DNA of 64,000 bases from a virus, in IMG/VR virus record IMGVR_UViG_3300009408_000002, positions 12,916 to 76,915 of that record; one strand, 5' to 3'. The notes under the pieces were generated by a model. The model was not told the origin of the DNA. It saw only the letters and a list, made by a program, of their open reading frames with translations, and searched no databases. The stretch's first letter is position 1, and every line of letters begins with the position of its first letter. A program made the position numbers and the translations under genes. Shown piece by piece: positions 17,936 to 28,994 of this stretch.

Positions 17936-20900
17936 ATGGCGGCATTTGAAGACCTGATCTTCAAGATGAAGACCCAGGGCCAGCAACTGGCCTCGGGCCT
18001 TCAGTCTGCTGTCGCGTCGATCGCTAAGACGCAGATCAAGATTCCCCTGAATGTGATCATCAATAAGAATGAGATCACAAAAGCGCTAAAGGCTGCTGCG
18101 ACAGGACTTCCTCCAGTAACAGTCAGCATCAAAGCCGGCATCACGCAGGGTTTTGCTTCGGCAGCAGCAGCACAAAGAGGTTTAGCTGCGAGGCAGGGTC
18201 CGACAATCACGCCGCCTTCCCAGTTGCCCGTCCTTGCGCCACCAACGCTGAAGGCAGCGGGCATAAGGTCGCAGGCTAGGTCGCTCGGCAAAGACATCAT
18301 CGGCATTCTGAGGGCGTCCGTAACAAGAAGGAAGATTCGATCGCCCTCGATCAACATCGGTGCTGAAAGAAAACGAATAGCTTCCCAGATACGCATACTT
18401 GTTTCGAGCGACATCCCTGCTGCGCTCAGCGGAATGGTTTCTTCGTTTAGGTCCGGTTTCAGCCGAGCTTCGACTTTTGTTGGGTCAATCGCCTCTCCAA
18501 TCAAAAGACTTAGCCCGTTGCTCCGGCTGGCTGGTCGCGCTGCAAGAGGCGCTGGCGGTGCATTCAGGGGAATCGTGCGTGGTGCCAATCGCGCAAGACG
18601 CGCAGTCTCCGGGCTAACACGTGCTGCAGCGGTCCTGGTAGGCGGACGATTCATCATAGGCGGGCCGCTATTCCTTCCCCTTGCAGCCCTCACGATAGCA
18701 CAACGCGCATTCGAGCAGACCGCGCAGTCAGGCGATCAGGTTCGGCAATCGATTGCCCTGTTCTCTAACGAACTGTCGAATCTCAAGGGGGCTGATCGCT
18801 TAGAACGAGTAAATCAACTTTTCGGCGAGCTTCGAGACCAGGTATTCGAGACTGCTTCAGCCACTGGCCTTTCTACCAAGCAGGTTGCTCTAGGGCTGCA
18901 AGACATCCTGTCCGCCGGCTTCGGCTTGAAGGATACGTCAGAACGATTTGCCGCCCTGAAGGCCGCAACGAATGTAGCAGTGGGCGGTGTAACGGATGTC
19001 CGATCAGCCTTCCGTGGGCTTGTGGCGATTGCTCGACCCTTCAATGTTGGCTTCGCCAAGGCGGCAGACGTACTGTTCGCCATCCAGCGGCTAGGCATCG
19101 CGCCGATTGCACAGTTGGCCCCAAACCTCGGTCGTGCATCTGCTGTTGCCGCGCAGGCGGGCGTCTCCCTGGATCAGTTTGCTGCAGGCATTGCGACTGC
19201 AACAAAGGCGGGCATCCCTCTTTCCTCTGTCGTGACTGGCTTCAGGCAGATTTTTTCGGAGTTCACAAAGGGTGGCAGTGGTCCGGCCCGCAAGGCCCTA
19301 GAAGAGCTAAAGAAGACTCTGCCCGGACTAAACCTCAATCTGAGCATTTCTTCACTGAGGCATCTCCAGCTAACCGGACTCGTCAAGGAGCTTGCTAGGG
19401 CTGACCAGCAGGTAGTGGGTCAGATCTTTCGTCGCGTTCGCGGGCTTGTCCCGCTGCTAGCGCTACTGCAGAATCAGGCGCTGTTTCAGGATGCAGTAAA
19501 CCAGGTCACCAACGCATCAGGCGAAGCTGCAGCGGCTTCTCAGGTCCGACAGCAGGGGCTCCTGTTTACAGTCAATAGGTTGAAGGTTACGTTTGACACG
19601 CTGCTTGCTTCGCTGGGCGATCAGATTGCGAAGTTTGCAAACATAGCTGGGATCATCGATTCGGTTACGTCGCGCATGCGGGATCTCGGAGAAACGATCC
19701 GTGCTATTCCGAAGGGTGACGTGAAGAAATTCTTCGATTCATTCAAGGGGCAGCAGGGAATCGACAAGGTTTTGGACTTCATCGCTAGGAAGGCGATCTC
19801 AACTGTAGCAACCTTCACGAGGGCCTTCTTCAAGATTCTGCCCAGCGTCCTCAAGACATTTGCAGGCGTCCTGGCCATCGCAAAAAGACTTGGCATCAAG
19901 ATAGGACTGTTACTTGCCAGGGGGATTGCATCTGCATTCAGCAAGGAATTTGGTGGATTCCTGAAGAAAGCAGGGAAACTGTTCCTGGCACTTGGCTCCA
20001 TAGGGGCTGCATTTGGTTTCGCAACGACGATCGGCGATAAATTCAAGGCAGAGGGCGAAAAGCTCGATCTGGTGGGCGCACTCACTGACAACATTGATGA
20101 ACAGAAAGAAGAAGTAATAAAAGCGATTGATAAAGTGTTCAGTAAAGATGTCAATAGGAGGATACAGGAGGGCATTACCAGCGTCGAAGATGCCTTCAAT
20201 CAGACGGTAGCCGCGACCCTCAAGATCAAGACGACCGTCGAACAAGAGGTGACTGGTGTTCTGCAGGCCGGAAAACAAAACAGGCTGGTGCTGGGGCTGA
20301 AGAAACTGGGCGAGACTGTTGCGTCAATAGCACCGCGCGCTTCCATGCAGCTTCTTTCACTGTCTGAGCAGTTGAGGATCCTTTCGGCCAGGGGTTCAAG
20401 GCCATTCAAGATGGAGTTCATCCGCAAGCAGAACAGGGCTATCCCGGTGATCGGCAAGCAGATCGGATTGGTAGAGAAGGAGCTGTCGAAGTTTCAGAAT
20501 CGCATTGCTGCAATCAACGCCCTCGGCGGCCCCATTGACAAGAAGGAGGCCCTGCAACTGGTGCGTGCGAAGGGCGCTGTATCAGTCTTGTCAAACGAAC
20601 TCGTCAGGCTCAAGATCAAATTTGCGGCGGTCCAGAACCTTGCGTTTCGCGTGGTTGTCGGTGAAACAGGGAAGGAGGCAGCACGTCAACTAATAGGTAG
20701 AATCACTAAAATCCCGGATGATATAAGAAAGGCAAGGGCCGAACTCAGGCTTCAGATTCTCCGTCTCAAGGAAGATCTCGCGATCTTTACAGAGAACAAA
20801 AAAGCAGCCTCTATCGGATTTACACTTGCGTTGGCGCGGGGCAATCAAAGACAGGTCGAGAGTTTCAAGTCTGAAATCGAAATAGCCTCGAAGGGCATCG

Positions 20901-21835
20901 AAATCTTCTCCTCGCGATTGATAAATGCGAAGATTAAATTGCAAAAATTGGCCGTTGGTTTAAGGCAAACCAATCCGATCGTTGATGGCATCGGTGCATC
21001 TTTCAGGAAGTTCATCAAGTCGGCAACCGGCATAGAATTCCCTGCTGACATATTTGACAGGGCGTTTGCGGGATCGGAAGAATTCAAGAAGAGAATCGAA
21101 TTACTTCCCGGCATCGTTGCTAGTTCATTCCGGCAATCCGAAAGGTTCAGCCCCGCACCGCTGCTCAAGACACGAGCGACCATTGAATCGGTTGATGAAC
21201 TGGAGACACGATTCAAGCGAGCAGCCTTTAATATTTCACAGGGGATCCAGATAAGCCGAAGAAGGAGAGCGATCCTTCCCGGTTTCAAGAAGGCCCTAGT
21301 TGGCCTGCGGAACCGAACGCTGAAATTGATAGAACTGCTATCGCGAGCGGGCAAGGCTTTCAGGAACGACGATGCGATAAACAGGCTCAAGAAGCAAGCC
21401 GACACGATTCGGAAAACTATCGATGAAACAAACAAGCTGACAGGCGCAGTCGAGAGACTAAAGAAGGCACAGATACCAAGCGGTGCGTCTGTGTTCGAAG
21501 CCGTAGCGCTCAACAGAAAGGCAACAGAGGCATTCGTGAAGGCCGGACTTGAACTCGCCATCAAGCCAATCCAGCCTTCTGACAACGCCACAAAGCTGCT
21601 TGAGAAGATCGTGAAGGCGGTCAGCTTACTGGAGGGAAGCCTTGGAAACATCGACGAGTCGATCAAGGGGCAGCAAAAAGTCGCCGCCCTCCTCAACAAC
21701 TCACAGGTCCAGATCAATCACGTTGGTTCTGCTTCTTCTGATACCATCAGGCTGGGGGAAGAAGCTGCTGCACTCGATTTCGTTATCGATGTGGTCGCCG
21801 ATCCTTCAGAGGCGTTAAGGACAAAGGGTAGGTAA
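17936..21835 (+). CDS. Tape measure protein
   Basis: 1299 aa, Ala/Gly/Lys-rich helical; TP901-type core 'SATGLSTKQVALGLQDILSAGF'. Confidence 0.9.
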   Translation: MAAFEDLIFKMKTQGQQLASGLQSAVASIAKTQIKIPLNVIINKNEITKALKAAATGLPPVTVSIKAGITQGFASAAAAQRGLAARQGPTITPPSQLPVLAPPTLKAAGIRSQARSLGKDIIGILRASVTRRKIRSPSINIGAERKRIASQIRILVSSDIPAALSGMVSSFRSGFSRASTFVGSIASPIKRLSPLLRLAGRAARGAGGAFRGIVRGANRARRAVSGLTRAAAVLVGGRFIIGGPLFLPLAALTIAQRAFEQTAQSGDQVRQSIALFSNELSNLKGADRLERVNQLFGELRDQVFETASATGLSTKQVALGLQDILSAGFGLKDTSERFAALKAATNVAVGGVTDVRSAFRGLVAIARPFNVGFAKAADVLFAIQRLGIAPIAQLAPNLGRASAVAAQAGVSLDQFAAGIATATKAGIPLSSVVTGFRQIFSEFTKGGSGPARKALEELKKTLPGLNLNLSISSLRHLQLTGLVKELARADQQVVGQIFRRVRGLVPLLALLQNQALFQDAVNQVTNASGEAAAASQVRQQGLLFTVNRLKVTFDTLLASLGDQIAKFANIAGIIDSVTSRMRDLGETIRAIPKGDVKKFFDSFKGQQGIDKVLDFIARKAISTVATFTRAFFKILPSVLKTFAGVLAIAKRLGIKIGLLLARGIASAFSKEFGGFLKKAGKLFLALGSIGAAFGFATTIGDKFKAEGEKLDLVGALTDNIDEQKEEVIKAIDKVFSKDVNRRIQEGITSVEDAFNQTVAATLKIKTTVEQEVTGVLQAGKQNRLVLGLKKLGETVASIAPRASMQLLSLSEQLRILSARGSRPFKMEFIRKQNRAIPVIGKQIGLVEKELSKFQNRIAAINALGGPIDKKEALQLVRAKGAVSVLSNELVRLKIKFAAVQNLAFRVVVGETGKEAARQLIGRITKIPDDIRKARAELRLQILRLKEDLAIFTENKKAASIGFTLALARGNQRQVESFKSEIEIASKGIEIFSSRLINAKIKLQKLAVGLRQTNPIVDGIGASFRKFIKSATGIEFPADIFDRAFAGSEEFKKRIELLPGIVASSFRQSERFSPAPLLKTRATIESVDELETRFKRAAFNISQGIQISRRRRAILPGFKKALVGLRNRTLKLIELLSRAGKAFRNDDAINRLKKQADTIRKTIDETNKLTGAVERLKKAQIPSGASVFEAVALNRKATEAFVKAGLELAIKPIQPSDNATKLLEKIVKAVSLLEGSLGNIDESIKGQQKVAALLNNSQVQINHVGSASSDTIRLGEEAAALDFVIDVVADPSEALRTKGR

Positions 21836-21838
21836 GCC

Positions 21839-22234
21839 ATGTCAAGCGACTGCCCAATCTACGGAGAGTTGGAATTCGACAACGGCAACGTCGAGCCATG
21901 GGAGTCTTTCAACAGGCTAGTGCAGGAGATCCACCCGCCAGGCTTCGACGGGACGCTCCTCAAGCACATGGGCAAGTCCAAGCGCCCGTTCACGATCAAC
22001 GGGATCCTTGAGTCAGTAACGCCGGGTGCTGCCCCGATCAAGAAAATCAAGGACTTTGAGGCGGCTGCCAACACCAGCGTGAAGACCCTGAAATTCGCAG
22101 GCTTCACGTTCAAGAAGGTCCGGCTGATCAAGATGAACTGGAAAGGTGTTCGCGCCGTCCTCCGAGATGGTAAGATGTTCCTTGATGTCGAGTACGAAGC
22201 CAAGCTGGAACAACTTTCAGACGACACAACCTGA
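21839..22234 (+). CDS. Tail protein (distal tail-like)
   Basis: Immediately after the tape measure gene. Confidence 0.5.
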   Translation: MSSDCPIYGELEFDNGNVEPWESFNRLVQEIHPPGFDGTLLKHMGKSKRPFTINGILESVTPGAAPIKKIKDFEAAANTSVKTLKFAGFTFKKVRLIKMNWKGVRAVLRDGKMFLDVEYEAKLEQLSDDTT

Positions 22235-23259
22235 TGCCCGCTGATTTTCCTGACTCAATCCCAATCTTCTCAGTCAAGAAAGAGGAACGGGACGCAGTCT
22301 CGCCCGACCATGACGAGGCGAAGTTCATCAATGGTCGCGACATCAATGCGATCCAAGACGAGATCACAGCCCTGTCGCGCAATCTGGGGGATCAGCGCAA
22401 GGGCGAGGCGACGCTCTCGGGGACACAAATCACGCTGCTGGACGGTAGATCTCAGGTCCAAGGCAACGTGGTCCCATTCCCCGGCGCATTGTTCTCCGCT
22501 GGCCCGGATCCATTTGTCGTATATGTCAGCCCCTCGGGATTGATCGTCTCGGGGACTTCATTCCCGACCACGAAGCACATCCCCCTGTTCAGCTATGATC
22601 CAGTTGGACCATCGATAACCGATGAAAGGATCTTCATTGACTCTGTCCAGCCGGGTGTAGGCACGGCGTCTGGGACCGAGTTTGCACCAGGAGTCCCATC
22701 GGACTGGGATGCACCTATCCCATCGGAATCTGGAAGCGCCCTGGACCAGTTGGCTGAGCGACTGAACGAGATTGAACATTCGACCGCACTGCTTTCGGGC
22801 ACATCGATCAGGATCCATCCAAGATACCCAAATTCTGTAGAGTCCTTTGCTGCAGGATCTGATGTGTCGATCGGTTACGATGTTGAACCCGCTGGCGGAA
22901 GGCGTCAATTTGCTGGCTTCTCAACCACATCCCTGGTCCCAGGGACAACCAAGATAGCATTCAAGCAATCTCTGGCGAAGCATACAGGACTCAGCAAGGT
23001 GCGCATCGAGGTGTTCAGGTCCGGGACTGGTCTGGACTCTCTGACCCTCTCGGTGTTCAAGGAGGACGGAACGCCAGACCCCGCCGTCAGTGGCCTCAGC
23101 ATAATCCCGTCCGGCGTCGAGGCATTTGAATCCATCGAGGCTATCCCGGCGCTTGCTTACGACTCGCAAGAAACAATTTCTGTCGAGATAGCAGCGACCC
23201 TCTCAAGTCCGTCCGGGACATTCAGGACAGGTAAAGTGGAGTTTGATTTGCTGCCATGA
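22234..23259 (+). CDS. Tail/baseplate-associated protein
   Basis: 'DINAIQDEITAL' motif; beta-rich C-terminus; position. Confidence 0.55.
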   Translation: MPADFPDSIPIFSVKKEERDAVSPDHDEAKFINGRDINAIQDEITALSRNLGDQRKGEATLSGTQITLLDGRSQVQGNVVPFPGALFSAGPDPFVVYVSPSGLIVSGTSFPTTKHIPLFSYDPVGPSITDERIFIDSVQPGVGTASGTEFAPGVPSDWDAPIPSESGSALDQLAERLNEIEHSTALLSGTSIRIHPRYPNSVESFAAGSDVSIGYDVEPAGGRRQFAGFSTTSLVPGTTKIAFKQSLAKHTGLSKVRIEVFRSGTGLDSLTLSVFKEDGTPDPAVSGLSIIPSGVEAFESIEAIPALAYDSQETISVEIAATLSSPSGTFRTGKVEFDLLP

Positions 23260-23405
23260 CCCAGCCAGGTGTTGTATACAAATTCGGAGAAGACAAGATC
23301 GGTGGTACGGTCCTTGAGGCGGGGACGATCTTCAGGATCAAATACACAAACACCAATCCAACGACAGACGCGCTTGTCGCCTTCCGGCTCTTCTACATGT
23401 ATTAG
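23256..23405 (+). CDS. Small 49-aa protein (not in ORF track)
   Basis: ATGA overlap with upstream stop; MTQPGVVYKFG...RLFYMY*; fills the gap to the next gene. Confidence 0.5.
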   Translation: MTQPGVVYKFGEDKIGGTVLEAGTIFRIKYTNTNPTTDALVAFRLFYMY

Positions 23406-23407
23406 CA

Positions 23408-24637
23408 ATGGTTGAGCTAGGAAGAGCACTCGGGAACTTCCTCGGTGACGGCAGACCGGACTTAATCCAAGACATCCTCGATCTCCCATTCGGGCAGGTA
23501 AAGGTTTTCTGGAGAGATCTAGAGCGGACAGGCTTCGGCACCAATCACCATTTCTACCTGAACAGACAGCGCGTCGATGTGTCTGGACTCGATCGTTCAG
23601 AGAACATCGTGCAGGCCCTCACGGATTCGCGTCAGGTCATCGAACTTCTGACCAGCGGGCCGTTCAACTCTGACGAGCCAGACGAGATACTCCAGCAGTT
23701 CCTGATCGAGAAGATCGGCGGCAGGGTTTTTCTGTCCTGGGATGATCCGCTGGATCCTTCGGACGTGTCCAAGTTCAACGTCTACGGATCACCATCAGGC
23801 CCGCTTCTGATGCTCGGGTCGGTGCTTGGCGGTGAACGATCTTTTCTGGCCGAGAGTCTCATCGGTGGCACTTGGTCATTTCGCGTCAATCCGGTTGATC
23901 GCGCTGGCAATGAACTGACCTCGATCGTCACGGCATCAGCAGTTGTTCCAGACTCCATCTCGCTGCCAAATAGTCCTGTGGCATTCCAATTGATCACACC
24001 AACCATTGGCAAGGTCACTTGGGCTGGCGCATCGGGATCAGTTGACTCTTATCGCGTCTATGCCAATAATGGATCGGGATTCGTCAACCAGACAACTCCG
24101 TGGGCCGAAGTGCCCTCTTCGCAGACATTCGCTCAGTCAGCAATCAATGCAGGGCAATGGATCTTCATCGTCAGGTCCGTGAAGTCTGGCGTTGAAACGA
24201 TCAATTTTGATAGGCGCGTCGAGGTCGTCCTCGGAGGATCGACGCTAACAGTTCTGTCAGGATTGCCTAACCAGGTATCGTTCCTGTCTGCGGGAGCATT
24301 GGCCAGTGGTTCGATCAGGATCAACGTCAGCTATAACGCGCACCAGGAAGCAAGCCTCGGAAAGCTCATCAACATCTACATGTCAGAGCTTCCGTCAGGC
24401 CCCGACTTCACTGCTCCACCAACAATTGCAATCCCGATCCCAACCCACGCACTTGCTTCGGGAGATGTCTTTGATCTGACCGTAGACATTGGCCCATTCG
24501 CAGAAGGCGTATTTGCAGTCGTCGCAAGGGTGGAGGACGACAATTCCAATGAGGAGCTAATTGGTGCGAGGGTTGTCGTGACCACTGACACAATACCCCC
24601 AGCAGACATTACGGGCCTGACTGCGGAGGTGCTCTGA
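23408..24637 (+). CDS. Tail protein with fibronectin type III-like domains
   Basis: 'LSWDDP...FNVY...WSFRVNPVDRAGNE', 'VTW...SYRVY', 'DTIPPADITGL'. Confidence 0.7.
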   Translation: MVELGRALGNFLGDGRPDLIQDILDLPFGQVKVFWRDLERTGFGTNHHFYLNRQRVDVSGLDRSENIVQALTDSRQVIELLTSGPFNSDEPDEILQQFLIEKIGGRVFLSWDDPLDPSDVSKFNVYGSPSGPLLMLGSVLGGERSFLAESLIGGTWSFRVNPVDRAGNELTSIVTASAVVPDSISLPNSPVAFQLITPTIGKVTWAGASGSVDSYRVYANNGSGFVNQTTPWAEVPSSQTFAQSAINAGQWIFIVRSVKSGVETINFDRRVEVVLGGSTLTVLSGLPNQVSFLSAGALASGSIRINVSYNAHQEASLGKLINIYMSELPSGPDFTAPPTIAIPIPTHALASGDVFDLTVDIGPFAEGVFAVVARVEDDNSNEELIGARVVVTTDTIPPADITGLTAEVL

Positions 24638-26820
24638 TGCCCGGTGGGTCAATAAAGGGCGATGCAGCGGTTGTCCCGATCGACAAGGCAGACTGCAGGA
24701 TTCCGTTCGATCTCCCAGAAGTCCGCATCTCAAAGGGTGAGACATCAACCAGCGTTTCTGCGGCGCGGGTAATCAAGGTCGAGTGGAACAGGAATTCCCA
24801 GTTCTCGAAAGCCGTGCTCCGCTGGGATGTCGGGCGATTCGGATCATCCGTCCACGCAGAAGAAGACGACGAAGTTGTAATAACAGTCGGCGGCGCTGAA
24901 AAGAAGTTCACCATCTTTCGAGGCGTCATCAAATCCATCTCGCATCGGATGTCTCAGCCCAGTACGGAGTTCGTTGAGGCAATCGCCGTAGACCTGAAGT
25001 ACCACTTATTCAAGGAGGTGATCTTCGGTCAAATCGGGACGGGGGTGACGGCAACCGGGAAGGATTCGGAAGTCGAGGACTTCTTTACTGGGCTTCCCAC
25101 GCACTTCAATCCTCGCGACGGGCAGAAGGGGAAGACGAATAAAGATACAGGGAACCAGAAAGGTAAGGGTTCTCTGCTATTCGGCGGAAATACCAAGGAT
25201 CCATGGACAGCCAAGGATGGGGTGTCGTATATCAAGAAGTTCGTCTCCAAGCACCCGATGGGGATCGCGTCCGCGATTGCTGGCAAGGACATCGATTTCG
25301 GAGACCTGACAGATCTCGCAGACATTCGCATGGGTGACATGAATGTCAACGGCAACAACTGTCTAGCTGCACTGACGACAATCACTCGCAAGGCTGGCGT
25401 CTCCTACTGGTACAACCCCGAGACAAAACTCCTGGAGTTCTGGCGCAATCGTAAAGGGCGAAAACTCAAGAAGCTGGTGTTTGCATCTGTGCCAGACGGA
25501 CTGTCGCCTGGAGTGGCAGTGACCCTGAAGTCAATCCTCATCGACCCCTGGAACATCACGGCTGCCGACGTGAATTTCGATTTTCTCAACACCTACAAGT
25601 CATTCGTGGGGGCGACAGAGCGTTGCATAATCCAATCCTTCTTCCCGTTGCGTAAGGGCTGGGCCGATGCATTCCAGAAAGAAATCCTGGACCTGGCCGG
25701 AAAGTTTCCGTCGCTCAGGAGGGCGGATGGAACGACGAAGTTGTTCCCAAAGGTAGACAAGAAGTTTCTCAAATTCTTCAATGCAGAAGGCAAAATTCTG
25801 AGCATGCTTGTCCCGGATGATCAGCACGATGAGTTTGCCAGGACATTCGGTCGCCTGTGGGTGACCGACGAAGCGGGCAAACTGAAAGATCTTAGCGGAA
25901 ATCCGAGGGGACCATATCCTTATGCATTGCTGGGGCTCAGCAAAATTGATGGACGCAGCTACATGATCAAGGAGCGGCCATTCATGGCCAGACTCCTCGA
26001 TCTTGACGCATCGGGTGAACCACTCAAGCCAATGCCTGGGTTCGCAAAGTTCGCTCCGGGGGTTCGAGGAAGGGATGCGGCTGATCAGATTGCAAAGAAG
26101 AACGTGCCACTGCAGCAGCGTAGCGGAATATTTGTTGGGCTGTCGGAGACCGGAAAGTTTCCGTTCTCCGTGAAGGGCGGGAAGGTCAGGATTCTCAAGA
26201 AGATCGGAGGTCTTTCGATTGATGGGGGTCAGCTTCACTGGCGAGTGTTCTCTTTTACTCCGGGCGATTCAAAAGGCAAGCCGCCAACGATGACCGCTTT
26301 TCCTCCCGTAATCATCGCTGCAATCCAGCACGACCAAGCCAAGCTAGTGAAGTTGCCAGGCGCAGCCTTGCCGTTCCCCAGAAGATTCTTCGATGGCAAC
26401 CGTTTCAAGTTCAGGAAGAAGCTGGTTTCAGGAAAGGTTCCAGGAGGCAAGAAGGCACTCGATGCGAGAGAGACCGCATATTCGAAAACAGTTCACCCTC
26501 CAGGAAAGGGAGAGGGAACAGCGAAGGCGTTCAGCATCGACGATGTGATCGAGGAACCAGTTGACGAATCCCCTGCGATGGCAGAGAAGATGACCGCCCT
26601 GTTGGCTGACAACGCAAAGCCAGCCGTCAGGGGCAGCTTTACGATCCCGGTCATCACCACGGTGTATCAGCCGGGCGACAGAATTACTGGTGTTGAAGGT
26701 CGCCTGCCTAATGCGCTCCTGGGATTCCGTGGCACTGTCGTATCTGTCACATTCGACTTCGTTGCGATGACCACCCAGTTCTCGGTCGAGTCTGAATCCT
26801 TCAAGTCTGGAGGCGTATAA
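24637..26820 (+). CDS. Tail tip/hub-like protein
   Basis: 'IFRGVIKSI...AIAVDLK...' and C-terminal 'YQPGDRI...V.SVTFDF' typical of hub proteins. Confidence 0.55.
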   Translation: MPGGSIKGDAAVVPIDKADCRIPFDLPEVRISKGETSTSVSAARVIKVEWNRNSQFSKAVLRWDVGRFGSSVHAEEDDEVVITVGGAEKKFTIFRGVIKSISHRMSQPSTEFVEAIAVDLKYHLFKEVIFGQIGTGVTATGKDSEVEDFFTGLPTHFNPRDGQKGKTNKDTGNQKGKGSLLFGGNTKDPWTAKDGVSYIKKFVSKHPMGIASAIAGKDIDFGDLTDLADIRMGDMNVNGNNCLAALTTITRKAGVSYWYNPETKLLEFWRNRKGRKLKKLVFASVPDGLSPGVAVTLKSILIDPWNITAADVNFDFLNTYKSFVGATERCIIQSFFPLRKGWADAFQKEILDLAGKFPSLRRADGTTKLFPKVDKKFLKFFNAEGKILSMLVPDDQHDEFARTFGRLWVTDEAGKLKDLSGNPRGPYPYALLGLSKIDGRSYMIKERPFMARLLDLDASGEPLKPMPGFAKFAPGVRGRDAADQIAKKNVPLQQRSGIFVGLSETGKFPFSVKGGKVRILKKIGGLSIDGGQLHWRVFSFTPGDSKGKPPTMTAFPPVIIAAIQHDQAKLVKLPGAALPFPRRFFDGNRFKFRKKLVSGKVPGGKKALDARETAYSKTVHPPGKGEGTAKAFSIDDVIEEPVDESPAMAEKMTALLADNAKPAVRGSFTIPVITTVYQPGDRITGVEGRLPNALLGFRGTVVSVTFDFVAMTTQFSVESESFKSGGV

Positions 26821-27041
26821 TGGTTGACCTGAACACGCTGGCTGATCTCATGGATGAGATCACAGAACTCAGAATGGAGGACAGTGCTGACGGGTTGCAT
26901 CGTACCTTCATTCAGATCGATTGGTTTGACTGGCAGCCCCAGCCGGACCCGACTGCAGTCGCATTGCTTGCGCTGTCCTTCTCCGACAAGACACCAGAGG
27001 AGCTAGAAGTGCCGGTTCCGCCTCCCGTCGTGATAGCTTAG
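26820..27041 (+). CDS. Hypothetical protein
   Basis: Coupled to upstream gene. Confidence 0.55.
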   Translation: MVDLNTLADLMDEITELRMEDSADGLHRTFIQIDWFDWQPQPDPTAVALLALSFSDKTPEELEVPVPPPVVIA

Positions 27042-27043
27042 CT

Positions 27044-28081
27044 ATGGGTCTCTACGAAACAGAGTTCATGAATTCGATCATGTCTAACTATGGTCGGGCT
27101 CATGACTTGTTCCAGCTCAGGGACACGTCGATCAAAATTACGACCGACTCCAACCAGGTGCCGGACCTGGACCTTTCCCTGGCCGAGTCCGAACTTGAGC
27201 GAGTCTTCCGCCTGTGTCTGTCGCTGGATCATGGGTATGTGACGATGGTATCTCATGATCCTCGCATGTCAGGACGGCCAGTTCCGTTTGTCAAAGAGAC
27301 AGAGCTTCGTCCCTCGCCGGCGTTGCCAGAAGAAACCAACATGTCCTACCTGGGATCTGTTGGAAAGCTAAGCGATGCGTTTCACATCTCGGTCAGCGAG
27401 GGCGAGATCATCGATCCTGCCGCCACTAAAGGCGACGGCACCCCGTTGGCCATCAAGAGCTTTGGCGACAGGTTTGGGGAATCACCCGATCCATCCGGTG
27501 AAGAATCCGTCAGGCCGAAGCTACTATTCGGCAGGATGGAACTCCGCATAGGTGTGCATTTCTATGCCGACGACAGGCTCAGCGGCCCGCTGCTCTTCAC
27601 AAGGAACAAGTGGCCACTAGACATCGATACAAAGTCGATCCCGACTGTCGAGACGCCCCGCCGACCCGTCAAAGACGAGACAACTTTTGACAAGACGATC
27701 GAGTTGAGGCCCGAGCTTCTTGTCGGCGACGTAAGAATGTCTCCAGACCTGAGAGCCTTCGGTCCAGTGGTCACCATTCAGCCACAGCGCTGCCTACCTC
27801 TCCTGCCCGTTGTGGATGAGGGGGCTCGCGAGAAGTGTGATGGCATTGCCGATCCCGCAGGCACGAAGAAGAAGCGCGACTGCTTCACCGATTGTGTTTT
27901 CATTGAGTGTGATGAGCTGGCAGAGAAAAGCACAAACGAGAGAATCCTGATGATCTCTGATCGGATCAACTGTATCATGGAGAGCCTCGATACACTTTTC
28001 TGCCACATCGCACACATAGAACTATGCCTGGGGGATGCAGGAATCACATGCGACCTATGCAAGCCGAAGGCCGGGCCGTAA
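27044..28081 (+). CDS. Hypothetical protein with Cys-rich C-terminus
   Basis: 345-aa ORF in operon; Cys cluster in the last ~100 aa. Confidence 0.65.
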   Translation: MGLYETEFMNSIMSNYGRAHDLFQLRDTSIKITTDSNQVPDLDLSLAESELERVFRLCLSLDHGYVTMVSHDPRMSGRPVPFVKETELRPSPALPEETNMSYLGSVGKLSDAFHISVSEGEIIDPAATKGDGTPLAIKSFGDRFGESPDPSGEESVRPKLLFGRMELRIGVHFYADDRLSGPLLFTRNKWPLDIDTKSIPTVETPRRPVKDETTFDKTIELRPELLVGDVRMSPDLRAFGPVVTIQPQRCLPLLPVVDEGAREKCDGIADPAGTKKKRDCFTDCVFIECDELAEKSTNERILMISDRINCIMESLDTLFCHIAHIELCLGDAGITCDLCKPKAGP

Positions 28082-28098
28082 ACTTCAATCTGGCCACG

Positions 28099-28365
28099 AT
28101 GATTCAGGTGGTCTTAAGGGCGCACGAGATCTCCGAGTCGTCCTCCAGCCAGAGGCCGCTCTCGCCCCATGAGATAGCCGTGCTCGCAGAGCTTCGGTCC
28201 TTTATCTCCAGTGTCGAGAAGAAATCCCTGCGATCATGCTGGGATGGGTCGGCGTACTGCCGCTTCAATAATCGCGGCATCTGCTGCTTCGAGGTCGAGG
28301 ATCTCCGGGCTGACTCCTCTCAGATTCTTTCGTGCAAGTGGCGTGGTGCCTCAGTCAAGAAGTGA
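28099..28365 (+). CDS. Small Cys-containing hypothetical protein
   Basis: ORF; start uncertain. Confidence 0.4.
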   Translation: MIQVVLRAHEISESSSSQRPLSPHEIAVLAELRSFISSVEKKSLRSCWDGSAYCRFNNRGICCFEVEDLRADSSQILSCKWRGASVKK

Positions 28366-28433
28366 GGCAAGAGAAAGAGACCGGCCTTGCGTGACTTGGC
28401 CATGTGCATGGGGGTGAAACTGGAGCCAGATGA

Positions 28434-28994
28434 ATGAAACAATTTTTGCTAATCCTGATCTCGTCCGTCTCGCTGACTGGCTGTGGAATCTTCCAGGCCC
28501 CGCCAGAGATCCAGGTCCTCCGACCGGTCGCGTCCTCGGAGATGAGGCAGTTCCAGCGGAAGATGGTGGGCATTGCCCGCTCGACAACAAGGGCGTGGGC
28601 CAAGTCTGAATCGGCACGCATCAAGGCTGATCATTGGTGGGCGTTGGCGCGTTTCGCCGCTGCATCACCGAAGAAGTTCACGCCCTTGTATGTGCGCGCA
28701 CAGACAGCCATCTTGATCACCAAGCTTTACGAGATAGATCAATCAGCAAGGGACGTTGACGAAGCGCTCATGCGCGCAGATGTCCATCTCGACAGGGCGC
28801 TCAAGATCCTAGAGATGTTTGATGACTGGATGTCAACCGGGCTGACGAAGAGCGATGCGGAATCTATCAAGCGGTTCTTCGAGGAGTCGTCTCAGAAGTG
28901 GATAAAGGCCGAAAAGAACAAGTTGATCAAAGATCTTGAAGCAAAAGTCAGCAGGCTAGAGCGGACAACGGAGAAGATCGATGCCAACAAGTAA
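28434..28994 (+). CDS. Lipoprotein
   Basis: Signal peptide with lipobox 'LTG-C'. Confidence 0.7.
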   Translation: MKQFLLILISSVSLTGCGIFQAPPEIQVLRPVASSEMRQFQRKMVGIARSTTRAWAKSESARIKADHWWALARFAAASPKKFTPLYVRAQTAILITKLYEIDQSARDVDEALMRADVHLDRALKILEMFDDWMSTGLTKSDAESIKRFFEESSQKWIKAEKNKLIKDLEAKVSRLERTTEKIDANK

